From the IMG/VR virus record IMGVR_UViG_3300030372_003559, positions 1 through 36,128 of that record: a DNA stretch of 36,128 bases; one strand, written 5' to 3'. Source of the DNA: a virus (lineage: Duplodnaviria > Caudoviricetes). The notes beneath the pieces were generated by a model. It saw only the letters and a program-made list of their open reading frames with translations. It was not told the origin of the DNA and made no database searches. Position 1 is the stretch's first letter. The number at the start of each line of letters is the position of its first letter. A program made the translations under genes and the position numbers. Shown here one piece after another: positions 1 through 9,354 of the stretch.

Positions 1-101
1 TCCAAAGAGAAGGGTAATAGATTTGAAAGACAACTTGTTATGTTGTTTGAGTCATTTAAATTTAAGGCTGTCCGAGCTTGGGGAAGTAATGGTAAGTCAT
101 T
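1..101. repeat. Terminal direct repeat, copy 1 (assembly overlap indicating a circular/complete genome)
   Basis: nt 1-101 match 36028-36128 except position 99 (A) vs 36126 (T). Confidence 0.97.
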
Positions 102-318
102 AGGACTACCTGAAGAAGTTGATATACTTGTTGAAGGTGAAACTAAAGTCCAGGCTAAATGCAGAAAACAGATACCAAAGTTTCTAGGTATGACAGATAA
201 TGTAGATATGGTAGCTTTTAAAGAGGATCGTGGAGAAACATACTTGATGATAAGAGCAGTTGATTATTTAAAAGAAAAAAAAGAATTACACGATAAGATA
301 TACGAATTAAGCAAGTGA
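1..318 (+). CDS. Holliday junction resolvase-like PD-(D/E)XK nuclease (Hjc-like), 3' part; true start at 36016 across the join
   Basis: Joined frame reads MPNKSKEKGNRFERQLV...RAWGSNG...EVDILVEG.TKVQAKCRK, matching the Hjc-type KG.RFERE / D / Q-x-K pattern. Confidence 0.75.
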   Translation, partial: SKEKGNRFERQLVMLFESFKFKAVRAWGSNGKSLGLPEEVDILVEGETKVQAKCRKQIPKFLGMTDNVDMVAFKEDRGETYLMIRAVDYLKEKKELHDKIYELSK

Positions 319-1277
319 AGTTATTAGACTTGTTTAGTGGTATTGGTGGCTTTCATTTAGGTCTTGAACAGTCAGGTTTTGAGTTTGACTGGATAGGATA
401 TAGTGAGATAGATAAATATGCCTCCAACCAATATAAAAGGAGATTTCCAAATGCAACAGAACTCGGAGATGTTACAACTATTCAACCAAAAGACTTGCCA
501 AGCGACATTACAATCCTTTGTGGTGGATTTCCATGCCAAGCGTTTTCGATTGCTGGAAAAAGGCAAGGATTCAATGACACAAGAGGAACATTATTTTTTG
601 AAATTGCACGGATTCTCAGATATTTCAAAGAAACTGGCAAACCAATCTCATACTTTATACTCGAAAATGTTAAAGGCTTACTTAACCACGACAATGGACA
701 AACATTTGCTACAATATACAAAGTTCTTACCGAAATTGGTTATACCATTGAATGCCAACTACTTAATACTAAGTGGTTTTTACCTCAAAATAGAGAGCGA
801 ATATACATTGTCGGATATATTGGAGAAGGAAGTAGATCAAAAATATTTCCTATCAGAGAAAGCGATAGAGTATTTGAAAAGAGCAGAAAAAAGAAGAGGC
901 AAAGGAGTAGCGAATATTGTTCAACAATAACATCAAATTTACATAAAGGCGTTCATGCTATGGGTGAAACTTATGTAAAGGTTGCTGACTTTAGAAATGA
1001 TGAAGGTTTAAGAATAAGAAAAGATGGCAATAGTCCTTGCCTGTCTACTCGTAAGCACTCTAAAACTGATATATCTACTATGCCACCACTTATAATAGAT
1101 AAAAATATAAGAAGATTAACTCCAACAGAAGCAGAGAGATTGCAAGGCTTTCCTGATGGATGGACAGACGGTCAGTCTGACACTCAAAGATATAAGCAAT
1201 TAGGAAATGCAGTAAGTGTACCAGTTGTAAAAGTAATAGGCGAAAAAATATGGCGATTGATACAAAAGAATACTTAA
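315..1277 (+). CDS. dcm: DNA (cytosine-5) methyltransferase
   Basis: Motifs I DLFSGIGG, IV GGFPCQAFS, VI ENVKGL, VIII QNRERIY, IX RRLTPTEAERLQGFP, X YKQLGNAV; GTG start overlaps the upstream stop region. Confidence 0.97.
   Translation: MKLLDLFSGIGGFHLGLEQSGFEFDWIGYSEIDKYASNQYKRRFPNATELGDVTTIQPKDLPSDITILCGGFPCQAFSIAGKRQGFNDTRGTLFFEIARILRYFKETGKPISYFILENVKGLLNHDNGQTFATIYKVLTEIGYTIECQLLNTKWFLPQNRERIYIVGYIGEGSRSKIFPIRESDRVFEKSRKKKRQRSSEYCSTITSNLHKGVHAMGETYVKVADFRNDEGLRIRKDGNSPCLSTRKHSKTDISTMPPLIIDKNIRRLTPTEAERLQGFPDGWTDGQSDTQRYKQLGNAVSVPVVKVIGEKIWRLIQKNT
451..930 (+). CDS. Nested +1-frame protein inside the C5 methyltransferase gene (M.EcoHK31I beta-like arrangement)
   Basis: Stop-free frame 418-930; AAGGAG at 437-442, 8 nt before ATG 451; C-terminus LSDILEKEVDQKYFLSEKAIEYLKRAEKRRGK resembles a segment often found within single-chain C5 MTases. 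Confidence 0.65.
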   Translation: MQQNSEMLQLFNQKTCQATLQSFVVDFHAKRFRLLEKGKDSMTQEEHYFLKLHGFSDISKKLANQSHTLYSKMLKAYLTTTMDKHLLQYTKFLPKLVIPLNANYLILSGFYLKIESEYTLSDILEKEVDQKYFLSEKAIEYLKRAEKRRGKGVANIVQQ

Positions 1278-1522
1278 AGTATATTAAGTCACAACCTTGT
1301 TTAATATGTGGCGGCACACCTGTTGATCCTGATCACCTAGAAGCTATAGGTATGGGTAATAATAGAAAAAAACAAACACCTAAAGACTTTAGTTGCATAC
1401 CTCTGTGTAGAGAACATCACCAGGATAGGCATGGCATGGGCATTAAGCGATTTAACGAGCATTATCGTATAGATGTATGGAAAGAAGCATTTAAATTACT
1501 AAGGAGATATTTTATTGATTGA
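1250..1522 (+). CDS. Small Zn-binding HNH-like nuclease (DUF968/Ref-like)
   Basis: YLKYIKSQPCLICG...DPDHL...CIPLCREHH pattern. Confidence 0.75.
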   Translation: MAIDTKEYLKYIKSQPCLICGGTPVDPDHLEAIGMGNNRKKQTPKDFSCIPLCREHHQDRHGMGIKRFNEHYRIDVWKEAFKLLRRYFID

Positions 1523-1880
1523 GATTAGAGTATTTGGCAAGGTAAAGAATGGTAAGCTTAACTTAAATAATAAAGACGACTTTCAAAACGACTTATATAA
1601 GTTACATGGAGATGTCGTCTTAACTGTAAAAGAACTGCCAAAGAAAAAAACTAGCAAACAAAATAACTACTATAGAGGCGTAATAGTAAGGCTGTTAGCA
1701 CAACATCTAGGTTATTCTGACAATAAGATGCACGAGGTATTAAAGTTTAAGTTTGATGTGCAGTCTACTAGTAAATTATCACAAGATGAGTTTCAAGAGT
1801 ATCTTGATAGAATTATTAGATGGTCGGCTCAGTTTTTAGACTTTCCTTTACCTGATCCTACCAGACTTCAAGAATTTTAA
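1515..1880 (+). CDS. NinB/Orf-like recombination-associated protein
   Basis: KQNNYYRGVIV...GYS...MHEVLK...STSKLSQDEFQEYLDRI pattern; start codon (TTG) uncertain. Confidence 0.6.
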   Translation: MIEIRVFGKVKNGKLNLNNKDDFQNDLYKLHGDVVLTVKELPKKKTSKQNNYYRGVIVRLLAQHLGYSDNKMHEVLKFKFDVQSTSKLSQDEFQEYLDRIIRWSAQFLDFPLPDPTRLQEF

Positions 1881-2970
1881 GACTAACATTGTAAGTATTG
1901 TGAGCTACCTGCTTAAACGATATTGAGTCTTGATCCAATACACATATTGCAAAACCATCAGGAGTGAAGTCAGTTTTGTCTGGTTGAAATATAAACCTTA
2001 AACTACCACCTAAAGTTTTCTGCATAAATTGAGTAAAGAAACTTGTGTCTTGTGTAAAGACAAAATCAAGACCATCCTCTGTTGATCCACTATCAAATTG
2101 ATTGTAAGTATGAGGAAGTATATTTAACTCTCCTAAAATATCATTGTCTAATGTTTCAATATCAGCCATTAAATCTGACGATGCTATGTAAGAAAATTTT
2201 AAATCCCATCTTCTCCTACCTGCTCTTCTTTTTTGTATTTTTCTTGGTGTATCTAAATAAGTACCCCATGCCTCAGCATCTCCCCAAGTAGGTGGTTGAG
2301 TATAGTTGTAGTTTGTTAAAAGCGCACCACCTTTAGTAAACTGCTTAGTTGATCCACCATATTCTCTTGTAAGAGTTAAGTCTAAGTCAGGTGAGTGAGG
2401 CATATCATAATAATATCCTGCAGTTAATGCACCCAATTTTAATTGATTGGTTGGATCAAATCTAAAATTAAAAAAAGTAGATATTGGTATTGCACTAATC
2501 TCATCATCGGATGACTTTAAGTCTACAAATGAAAAACCATTTGCATTAACAGTATTGGCATTCATATTTATTTTAAATTTATTTTCCATGTTTTGCAAGG
2601 CAGAATAATTAGCTTCATTACTCTCTGTATATCCTAAAGCAATAGTTCCACCTTGTATTGATCCTGTATCTACTTCTTTTAAATTGTGATTAAATATTCC
2701 ATAATAGTCAAAAGCATAGTCAGTCGCCTTAAAATTAGTTGCAGTTCCAATATTTAATTCTTTAAAAGCTACCAAGTCTGTTAAATATTCTTCTTTAATT
2801 AAATTAGTTTTTGTAGGATTTAAGTAAAATAAGTTAGTTATTTGATCTAAATTTTCATTACTTCCAGTCGTTACAAATATATCTCCATCTGACAATATAC
2901 CTGTCGTTAAAGCATATTGAAAATAATCTACATAAAATCTTGGCGTACCTACATTTTGATATTTACCCAT
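1858..2970 (-). CDS. Putative tail-tip/distal tail structural protein
   Basis: 370 aa last gene of the late operon; GRRRWDLKFSY and FIFQPD...YNVSLKILEVW resemble distal-tail-type beta strands; positional call. Confidence 0.5.
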   Translation of the reverse strand: MGKYQNVGTPRFYVDYFQYALTTGILSDGDIFVTTGSNENLDQITNLFYLNPTKTNLIKEEYLTDLVAFKELNIGTATNFKATDYAFDYYGIFNHNLKEVDTGSIQGGTIALGYTESNEANYSALQNMENKFKINMNANTVNANGFSFVDLKSSDDEISAIPISTFFNFRFDPTNQLKLGALTAGYYYDMPHSPDLDLTLTREYGGSTKQFTKGGALLTNYNYTQPPTWGDAEAWGTYLDTPRKIQKRRAGRRRWDLKFSYIASSDLMADIETLDNDILGELNILPHTYNQFDSGSTEDGLDFVFTQDTSFFTQFMQKTLGGSLRFIFQPDKTDFTPDGFAICVLDQDSISFKQVAHNTYNVSLKILEVW

Positions 2971-3449
2971 TAATAACCTCCACTACTTCTAGTTGTCTGT
3001 CTAGACACATTTCTTGCTACACTTTCTCTCTTAACTGATTTTGCACCTTTTACTAACTTAGGTATATTATTTTTTTGTCTTAATACTTTTTTACCAAATC
3101 TATTTCCGCCTATATAGCTTTCCCATTCTGAACCTGAATCATATGTGCCTAAAGTCATAGACCAAAAACCTAAATTATTATTTACAGGAATTACATTAAT
3201 TTTAACTCCTTCACTAGTCGAAGCAATACATTGTGTTATTCTTAAAGAGCCATTATAAGTAAATAATATTTCAGGCAGAACTAATAATTCTAAACTATAT
3301 ATTAACATCTTTCCATCTGCTAATATTACATTGAAGTTGTCAGGAAGTTTGCTTACTACATTTATTTTACCCATAAAGTGTATTTGAAGACCAACAATTT
3401 GAGTATTTTCTTCTAAAACTACCTCACCATTTCCATATAACAAATTCAT
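2970..3449 (-). CDS. Putative cohesin-like beta-sandwich protein with basic C-terminal tail
   Basis: N-terminal ~90 aa of alternating beta-strand pattern (IVGLQIHFMG, MLIYSL, ILFTYNGSLRITQCIAS); starts 2 nt after the dockerin-bearing gene. Confidence 0.4.
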   Translation of the reverse strand: MNLLYGNGEVVLEENTQIVGLQIHFMGKINVVSKLPDNFNVILADGKMLIYSLELLVLPEILFTYNGSLRITQCIASTSEGVKINVIPVNNNLGFWSMTLGTYDSGSEWESYIGGNRFGKKVLRQKNNIPKLVKGAKSVKRESVARNVSRQTTRSSGGY

Positions 3450-3451
3450 AT

Positions 3452-6400
3452 TTATCCTAATATTATATTAACTAAAGTTACCACATCTAATACATCAATA
3501 TTTCCGTCTTGATTAATATCTGCTTGAAAAAACTCTTCATCTGTAGGTTGCTTTACTCCTAAAGCAAAACTAACTATATTTACTATATCTACAACATCTA
3601 TATTGCCATCGCCATTTACATCACCTGTTGGCAATACAACATTAGATTCCTCTTGTTGTGTTTCTGGCTCTTCAACCGTTCCTAAACTATTAATATCTAG
3701 GTTGTGTAGTTGTATTAGTTTTATATCTACTTTTTCTAAATTCTTATTAGTTTCATATACCATAAAGTATGGATATATTTCTTGTCCATTTCTATCTATT
3801 GATGTTTGTGTGTAAGTTTCACCAAATATTTTTGTTCCTTGTATTTCTTTGTCTAAAGCGACGACATCACCAACTTCTAACTTAATATACTTAATAGGTA
3901 AAGTAAGGCTAATTAAATTCTTTTGATTCATATTCCAAGTAAGTAACCAATTTTGCAACTGTTCTGCTGTATATCTATCTCTGATGTAGTCGCTTTCAAA
4001 GTTTAAAGTAGAGTCAGAGTCGTCAGTTGCTAAACCATAATACTGATATATACTAGTATTTACATAGTCTGTTGCCAAAATTTCATCTGTAGAAAATAAA
4101 TGATTGCCTTGAGCATAGTCAATATTAAATAAAACCTTTACTTTTGTTTTTACATCTTCTAATTTTGTTCTATCATATTTATAGTTAATAATATCTGATT
4201 CTTCTATTATTAAGTCTACATCATCGTCTGAATAAGTATCTTTGACTACATTCCAACCAAAAGTACCATCAGCTCGAAATCTTGGAAAAGACTTGGTTGA
4301 TCTTGAAAAATCTTCTATTAATTTTTTGGAACTTATTAGTTTGCTCTGCGTAAAAGCAAAAGTCCAGTCAGGATGTAATTCTTTTATTGCATTAAATTCA
4401 TCGTCATTAAACTCACCATCATACTTGCATTCTTCCTCTAATATATGCTTTACTATATCAGCAGGATTTTCTATTGGTGATATAAATATATTTTCCTTGT
4501 CAGAATTAATAGATATTTCATATTCATCTACAATTTCTCCATTTAAATTACCTAATTGTATCGTGAATGTTTCTTCAAAGACTTCATCTTTAGTTAATCC
4601 TTGAAAGTTAAAATCTATATAGTATACATCGTTTGAAATACTTAAACTAAATCCCCAACTTTTAATATTTACCTCTTTTTCAACATCTCCTAATGAATTA
4701 TATTGCACAGCTTTTAAAGGAACTATATTAAAAGAGTAAGGCATTTCTGATGTTAAAAGAGGTGAAGCATCATTCATAGCATTTTCAATTTCATCTAATA
4801 TTTCTTCTGCACTATCAGTAGTATTGATTATTGTATTTAATAAATTTTGTACAGGACTAGCAAATTGTCCTAAATTAAATGTATATAGTATAGAAGAAGT
4901 TGAGTAAAAATTAAACTCTGACTTTCTACCCCAAACACTTGCATAAAAGTTTTTATTTAATAAATTATCAATAGTTCCAAAAGCATATAAACGAGATTCG
5001 TAAATTCTAATTTTAATTGGTATTTCAATACCAATAAAATTCGTAATACTACCTAATTCCCTAATTTTAGGTAATCCTAAACAATATGAATTTGATTCAG
5101 CAGGAACTAAATGAGGATTTATACAACTAATAGGATTATTTTCTATGTCATCACTATCATAACTATTATATTCAGATTCACTTGTAGCAAATGTATGAAA
5201 ATAAGTATTATCACCTGTCGGCAAAACTTGTTCAATACTGCCTACTGGAGGTGCTTGTATAAAATTAGTATCAATTTCTGGTTCTAACAATGAACCAAAT
5301 TTATGTAAAAGTCTGCAAAAATCAGCACCTATAAACGATCTTATAAGAGGTTCAGGAAAAGCAGGATCAACTTTTAACAAAGCACTTCCAAATGACTGTG
5401 GTGCATTTGTTGATAATTGAAAAACTGAAATAACTGGCAAAGTTATTTTATCTAAACCTTGTTCATCAAAAACACTTCCAAATTGTCCAGATGTAGTTTC
5501 TAAATTTTCTATTTTAGCTATTATTCTTGTCCAAGATGAATTGTCGTTTATTTCAATCTTAACATCAGATGGTAAGGAATCAAAATTAAATTTTAAAAAA
5601 GCAGTTGATGATAGTAGGTGAAAGTCAAGATTTGCAAAATCTTCAAATTTACTTATAAATGTTCCTTCAATTTGTACACAAGTATTAGGATTTCCATCAT
5701 TAATTCTATCAAAATTCAAATTAAAGTCAGGAATAAGTTCTCCATCTTGAACAGTTCCACTTGTAAATTCAAAATTACCATCCGCGCCAATATTTTGTAT
5801 TTTTCTTTCAATTTTATTTTCTTTGCGATGAACTAAAACTCTACCTCTATTTGCTGCAGTATCATTTTTGGCTAATTCTTCTATAGTAATTTCACCATCT
5901 TCATTAGGTTCTGGTTGATCGTTAAATAAATTAACAAAACAAAAACCATTATTCGTGGCTAAAGTTGTAAAATTTATATGTCCTGCGTTTAATCCATTAT
6001 CAAAATCAATTACAGTTCGTGGATATATTCCTACATAAGTATCGTCTGATTCTACATATAAAGACGTTGATCCAATTATATTTCTTCCTACTTGTTCGTT
6101 TTCCGAAATAATTTTAGATAATTCTTTTCTATCAGCAAATACATCTCTTACAAACTCATAATTATCTAACTCTCCATCTTCATCTAAGTCATATTCACCT
6201 GTAGTTCCAAATGATGTTACACAAGGCGATCTATCAACCTTACCTATAACCATTGGAAAAGGTTTGTTTTTAAATTTAGATGTAAAATCTATTTCGCTAG
6301 TTATGCTTTCTGGTATATCTTTATGTACTTTTTGCTCTGAGGCATCTTCTACATTTAAAGTGAGAGTGGTGTCAGTTTGAGATATTCTTCTTACTGTACC

Positions 6401-6751
6401 TCTATAAACCAACATAGCTCGTGTAAGGTCGTTAATGTTTTGTGTTTTAAAAAAAATTTGCACATCACCATTTATTAAATCTACATAACTATCACTTAAA
6501 CGTCTACCTAGATACTTAGAATTAGAAAGTGTAACAGTTACGGATGATGTTTTATATTTACGAGTTTCAACGTCTACCGACTCTTTTATTGAAGATACAT
6601 TTAACAGTAGTGGATCAAAACTTAATTCTTGTAAGTTAAAATTGTATGTAGAAAAATAATTTATTTTATTTTCGCTAGTAATAACTACTAAAGGTATTAT
6701 ATTGTAAGTATTACTACCTGTAGCTAGGTTAAATTTTTCGTTATTTATCAT
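3452..6751 (-). CDS. Large tail-tip/baseplate hub protein with C-terminal type I dockerin domain
   Basis: 1099 aa directly after tape measure; ends GDVNGDGNIDVVDIVNIV...ADINQDGNIDVLDVVTLVNIILG (two Ca-binding loop-helix repeats, nt 3452-3625) after an acidic linker EEPETQQEES. Confidence 0.85.
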   Translation of the reverse strand: MINNEKFNLATGSNTYNIIPLVVITSENKINYFSTYNFNLQELSFDPLLLNVSSIKESVDVETRKYKTSSVTVTLSNSKYLGRRLSDSYVDLINGDVQIFFKTQNINDLTRAMLVYRGTVRRISQTDTTLTLNVEDASEQKVHKDIPESITSEIDFTSKFKNKPFPMVIGKVDRSPCVTSFGTTGEYDLDEDGELDNYEFVRDVFADRKELSKIISENEQVGRNIIGSTSLYVESDDTYVGIYPRTVIDFDNGLNAGHINFTTLATNNGFCFVNLFNDQPEPNEDGEITIEELAKNDTAANRGRVLVHRKENKIERKIQNIGADGNFEFTSGTVQDGELIPDFNLNFDRINDGNPNTCVQIEGTFISKFEDFANLDFHLLSSTAFLKFNFDSLPSDVKIEINDNSSWTRIIAKIENLETTSGQFGSVFDEQGLDKITLPVISVFQLSTNAPQSFGSALLKVDPAFPEPLIRSFIGADFCRLLHKFGSLLEPEIDTNFIQAPPVGSIEQVLPTGDNTYFHTFATSESEYNSYDSDDIENNPISCINPHLVPAESNSYCLGLPKIRELGSITNFIGIEIPIKIRIYESRLYAFGTIDNLLNKNFYASVWGRKSEFNFYSTSSILYTFNLGQFASPVQNLLNTIINTTDSAEEILDEIENAMNDASPLLTSEMPYSFNIVPLKAVQYNSLGDVEKEVNIKSWGFSLSISNDVYYIDFNFQGLTKDEVFEETFTIQLGNLNGEIVDEYEISINSDKENIFISPIENPADIVKHILEEECKYDGEFNDDEFNAIKELHPDWTFAFTQSKLISSKKLIEDFSRSTKSFPRFRADGTFGWNVVKDTYSDDDVDLIIEESDIINYKYDRTKLEDVKTKVKVLFNIDYAQGNHLFSTDEILATDYVNTSIYQYYGLATDDSDSTLNFESDYIRDRYTAEQLQNWLLTWNMNQKNLISLTLPIKYIKLEVGDVVALDKEIQGTKIFGETYTQTSIDRNGQEIYPYFMVYETNKNLEKVDIKLIQLHNLDINSLGTVEEPETQQEESNVVLPTGDVNGDGNIDVVDIVNIVSFALGVKQPTDEEFFQADINQDGNIDVLDVVTLVNIILG

Positions 6752-8952
6752 GACATTCCAAAGTTAGAGCCTTTACGGACAGCTTCTTTTATTCTCTCTG
6801 CAAGTTCTCCTTCTACAAAATCCTGCGACATCACGTTGCCTGATACATTAACAGTAACACCTGCCGAGCCAGTTTGATTTATCCTATTCATAGTTTCTAT
6901 GCCAACCGCATCTACTGCATTCCTACTCATAACAAACTCACCTTGCTCTGCTTCAATTATAGTTCCACCTTGAGAATGTCTTCGACCACCTATTATTCCA
7001 CCATACTCAAATTTTCCTATACTTTTTTCTATTTGTATTACATTAGCTAGACCTAGAGCATAAGATGTTGCGGCTTGAATGTAACTCATTGGTGGAACTC
7101 CTGTAGCTAATGCTCTGTTTGCTGCGGCATAAGCATCTATACCTGCCTGTACTTGCATTAACCTGGCAGTTGCTTTTGCTGAACCACTAGAGGCTTGATT
7201 TAACTTTGCCAAAGCTCCTACAGATGCTGATACAGTTTTTAACTTCGCTTGATGAGCTTGGTTATCTACTTCTTTTGTTTTGTTTAATTGTTCTTCTAAC
7301 ATTTTTAATACAGCAACTCTTTTTTCATCACTATCTATTAGATCGGCATTTGTATTTACAAATTCTATCATACCTTCTATATCGCTAATACGACCTTCTC
7401 TAGTCTTTAAAAATAATTGATTAAGTTGCTCATTAACTGATATATGATTTTCAATAGTGCTATCAGAATCGCCTAGAATAGATATAAACTTATCTATTTC
7501 TTCAATAGATAATTTACTTGCATTAATTTGTTTAAATATTGCAGAACCATAACCGTCTACACCATCTCTTGCTTCTTTGTAAGAATTAACTAAGTCTGTA
7601 TAATTTTTGATTTGTTTATCAGTTTCGTCTGCATTTTCGCCTCCAAACTGTATTGTTTTATCTAATTTATTCTGATATATTTCTATCATTTCATTAGCAT
7701 CTTTAATTGCTTTAGTAGCCTTTTCATATTCTTCTGTATCTTTAGCTCGAACTATGGATGCGTTTTGAGAACCTTTTTCAACATTTAATTGAGATGTTGT
7801 TAATTTCTTTAAACTTTCTATATATGTTGCAGTTTTACCTGATATGTTATCAGTAACATCATTAGCATCTTCAAAAGCATCTACTAATTTTAAAACTCCT
7901 GTTGCCAATGTTGTTACCGCTACAGTTGTTGCTATGTAAGGATTTTTCATTAAAGTAATGCCAAAAGTTTTAGTTAAGAAAGTTGCAACTTTAATTTTAT
8001 TATTATATAAAATTACAGCAGGTATCAAAGATACTGTAAAAGCAGATGCGAAAATTCTAACATTTTGTGGTGTAATAGTTTCATTAAAACTACTCATCAA
8101 GTCTAATGTAGGCTCTAAAAAAATATTAGCAAAATCACCTAAAGCCATAGCTGCATTTTGACTTGTAGCTGCAAATCTATCAAAAGTTTCGGTTGTAGAT
8201 GCTTGTTCATCGCCTAACAACTCTACTTTCTTTCTAGCGGCATCCATTACTGCATTTTGAAATGCTTGTTTCTTTTCATTGTCTGTTAAAGCAGAAACTG
8301 ATTTATTTAAAGACATAGCATAGTCTTTTTGAGCGTCATCAACTTTTACAATAATACCAATATTATCAAGCATCAACCTTGACTGTCTACCAACACCAGT
8401 AATTAAAGACTCAACAGAACTTGCTGTATCTCTACCAAGAGCCTTACCAAGTCTTTGTGCCATATCAAACATTTCAGCCATTTCATCTGTATTTTTACTA
8501 ACACCAAGTATCATGGCGTTGTTTGCTTGTTGCAATAACCTGAAGTCTGATACAGTACCGTTAGTTGCTTGTCGTAACTTATTCAAGGATTCTGATGACT
8601 TTTCTGTAGGATCAATCAAAGAATTAAAACTTTGCCTCATCAAATTGACTGCGGCAGCCTGTCTACCAAAGTCAATTACCTGTCTTATACCTAAAGCCAT
8701 AGCAAAGTTAAACAATAGCATTTTCGATCTTAAAGTAGCAAAACTTAAACCTAAATCTTTATTTGTATTAGTTAATCTTTTATTTCTAGTGTCTAATACT
8801 CCTGCATTCTTAGTGGTTTTACTAAGCTCATGTTTTAATTGTCTATTTTCACCTGTGAGCCTTTTAGTAGCGGCATCCAACTTGTTAATAGAATTAATTA
8901 ACGATTTGTCGCCTATTGGCTTAAACTTAATTGTTATGCTTTGTTCTGGCAT
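6748..8952 (-). CDS. Tail tape measure protein
   Basis: 734 aa Ala/Lys-rich helical protein after the chaperones; GVGRQSRLMLDNIGI and C-terminal FEYGG..GG..HSQGG..IEAEQGEFVM motifs. Confidence 0.9.
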   Translation of the reverse strand: MPEQSITIKFKPIGDKSLINSINKLDAATKRLTGENRQLKHELSKTTKNAGVLDTRNKRLTNTNKDLGLSFATLRSKMLLFNFAMALGIRQVIDFGRQAAAVNLMRQSFNSLIDPTEKSSESLNKLRQATNGTVSDFRLLQQANNAMILGVSKNTDEMAEMFDMAQRLGKALGRDTASSVESLITGVGRQSRLMLDNIGIIVKVDDAQKDYAMSLNKSVSALTDNEKKQAFQNAVMDAARKKVELLGDEQASTTETFDRFAATSQNAAMALGDFANIFLEPTLDLMSSFNETITPQNVRIFASAFTVSLIPAVILYNNKIKVATFLTKTFGITLMKNPYIATTVAVTTLATGVLKLVDAFEDANDVTDNISGKTATYIESLKKLTTSQLNVEKGSQNASIVRAKDTEEYEKATKAIKDANEMIEIYQNKLDKTIQFGGENADETDKQIKNYTDLVNSYKEARDGVDGYGSAIFKQINASKLSIEEIDKFISILGDSDSTIENHISVNEQLNQLFLKTREGRISDIEGMIEFVNTNADLIDSDEKRVAVLKMLEEQLNKTKEVDNQAHQAKLKTVSASVGALAKLNQASSGSAKATARLMQVQAGIDAYAAANRALATGVPPMSYIQAATSYALGLANVIQIEKSIGKFEYGGIIGGRRHSQGGTIIEAEQGEFVMSRNAVDAVGIETMNRINQTGSAGVTVNVSGNVMSQDFVEGELAERIKEAVRKGSNFGMS

Positions 8953-9354
8953 CCTCTATCTTATCCTTGTTCAATTTTGCTAATGCACTTTTAATTATAA
9001 ATGATTTTTCTATCCATTTAAAAGGTTGTTCACCATAGCTACCTGGATATGGCTGAGTATTAAAATCTTGGCAATAGATGTATCTTTGTATATCTTTTTG
9101 ATTCTCTGAAGAATGAAATAAGTTTTTGCAAGTAAAAAAGGGTAACTGAGCATTAACAGACTTACCAACATCAAAGCTCTTACCCTCACTATTAAACTTT
9201 TTCACCTCCTCTACTAATAAATCTACTACTGTCCATACATCATCCATACACTCAAACTGTCGTGGCTTTGCACCACTTATAGGTGGCGTAGCTATGTAAG
9301 GAAATTGATGGTACTGACAACCCTCGCACCAACTTTCATTAAGAATATTGAGAG
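8927..9354 (-). CDS. Tail assembly chaperone, downstream (gpT-like) part reached by -1 frameshift
   Basis: The frame of ORF 8927-9247 stays open upstream of its ATG and past the upstream gene's stop (…GGRESLKLTLNILNESWCEGCQYHQFPY…FECMDDVW). Confidence 0.75.

Noticed and set aside
372-1317. - strand ORFs 372-566, 482-721 and 1090-1317 (also 24031, 24884, 25421, 25963, 33214, 33291, 34097, 35086)
   Set aside because: Antisense to well-supported genes, with no independent evidence.
8513-8983. 156 aa + strand ORF antisense to tape measure (also 7206, 7958, 4242, 3603, 5618, 2082)
   Set aside because: Antisense shadows of long coding genes, no SD or recognisable motifs.
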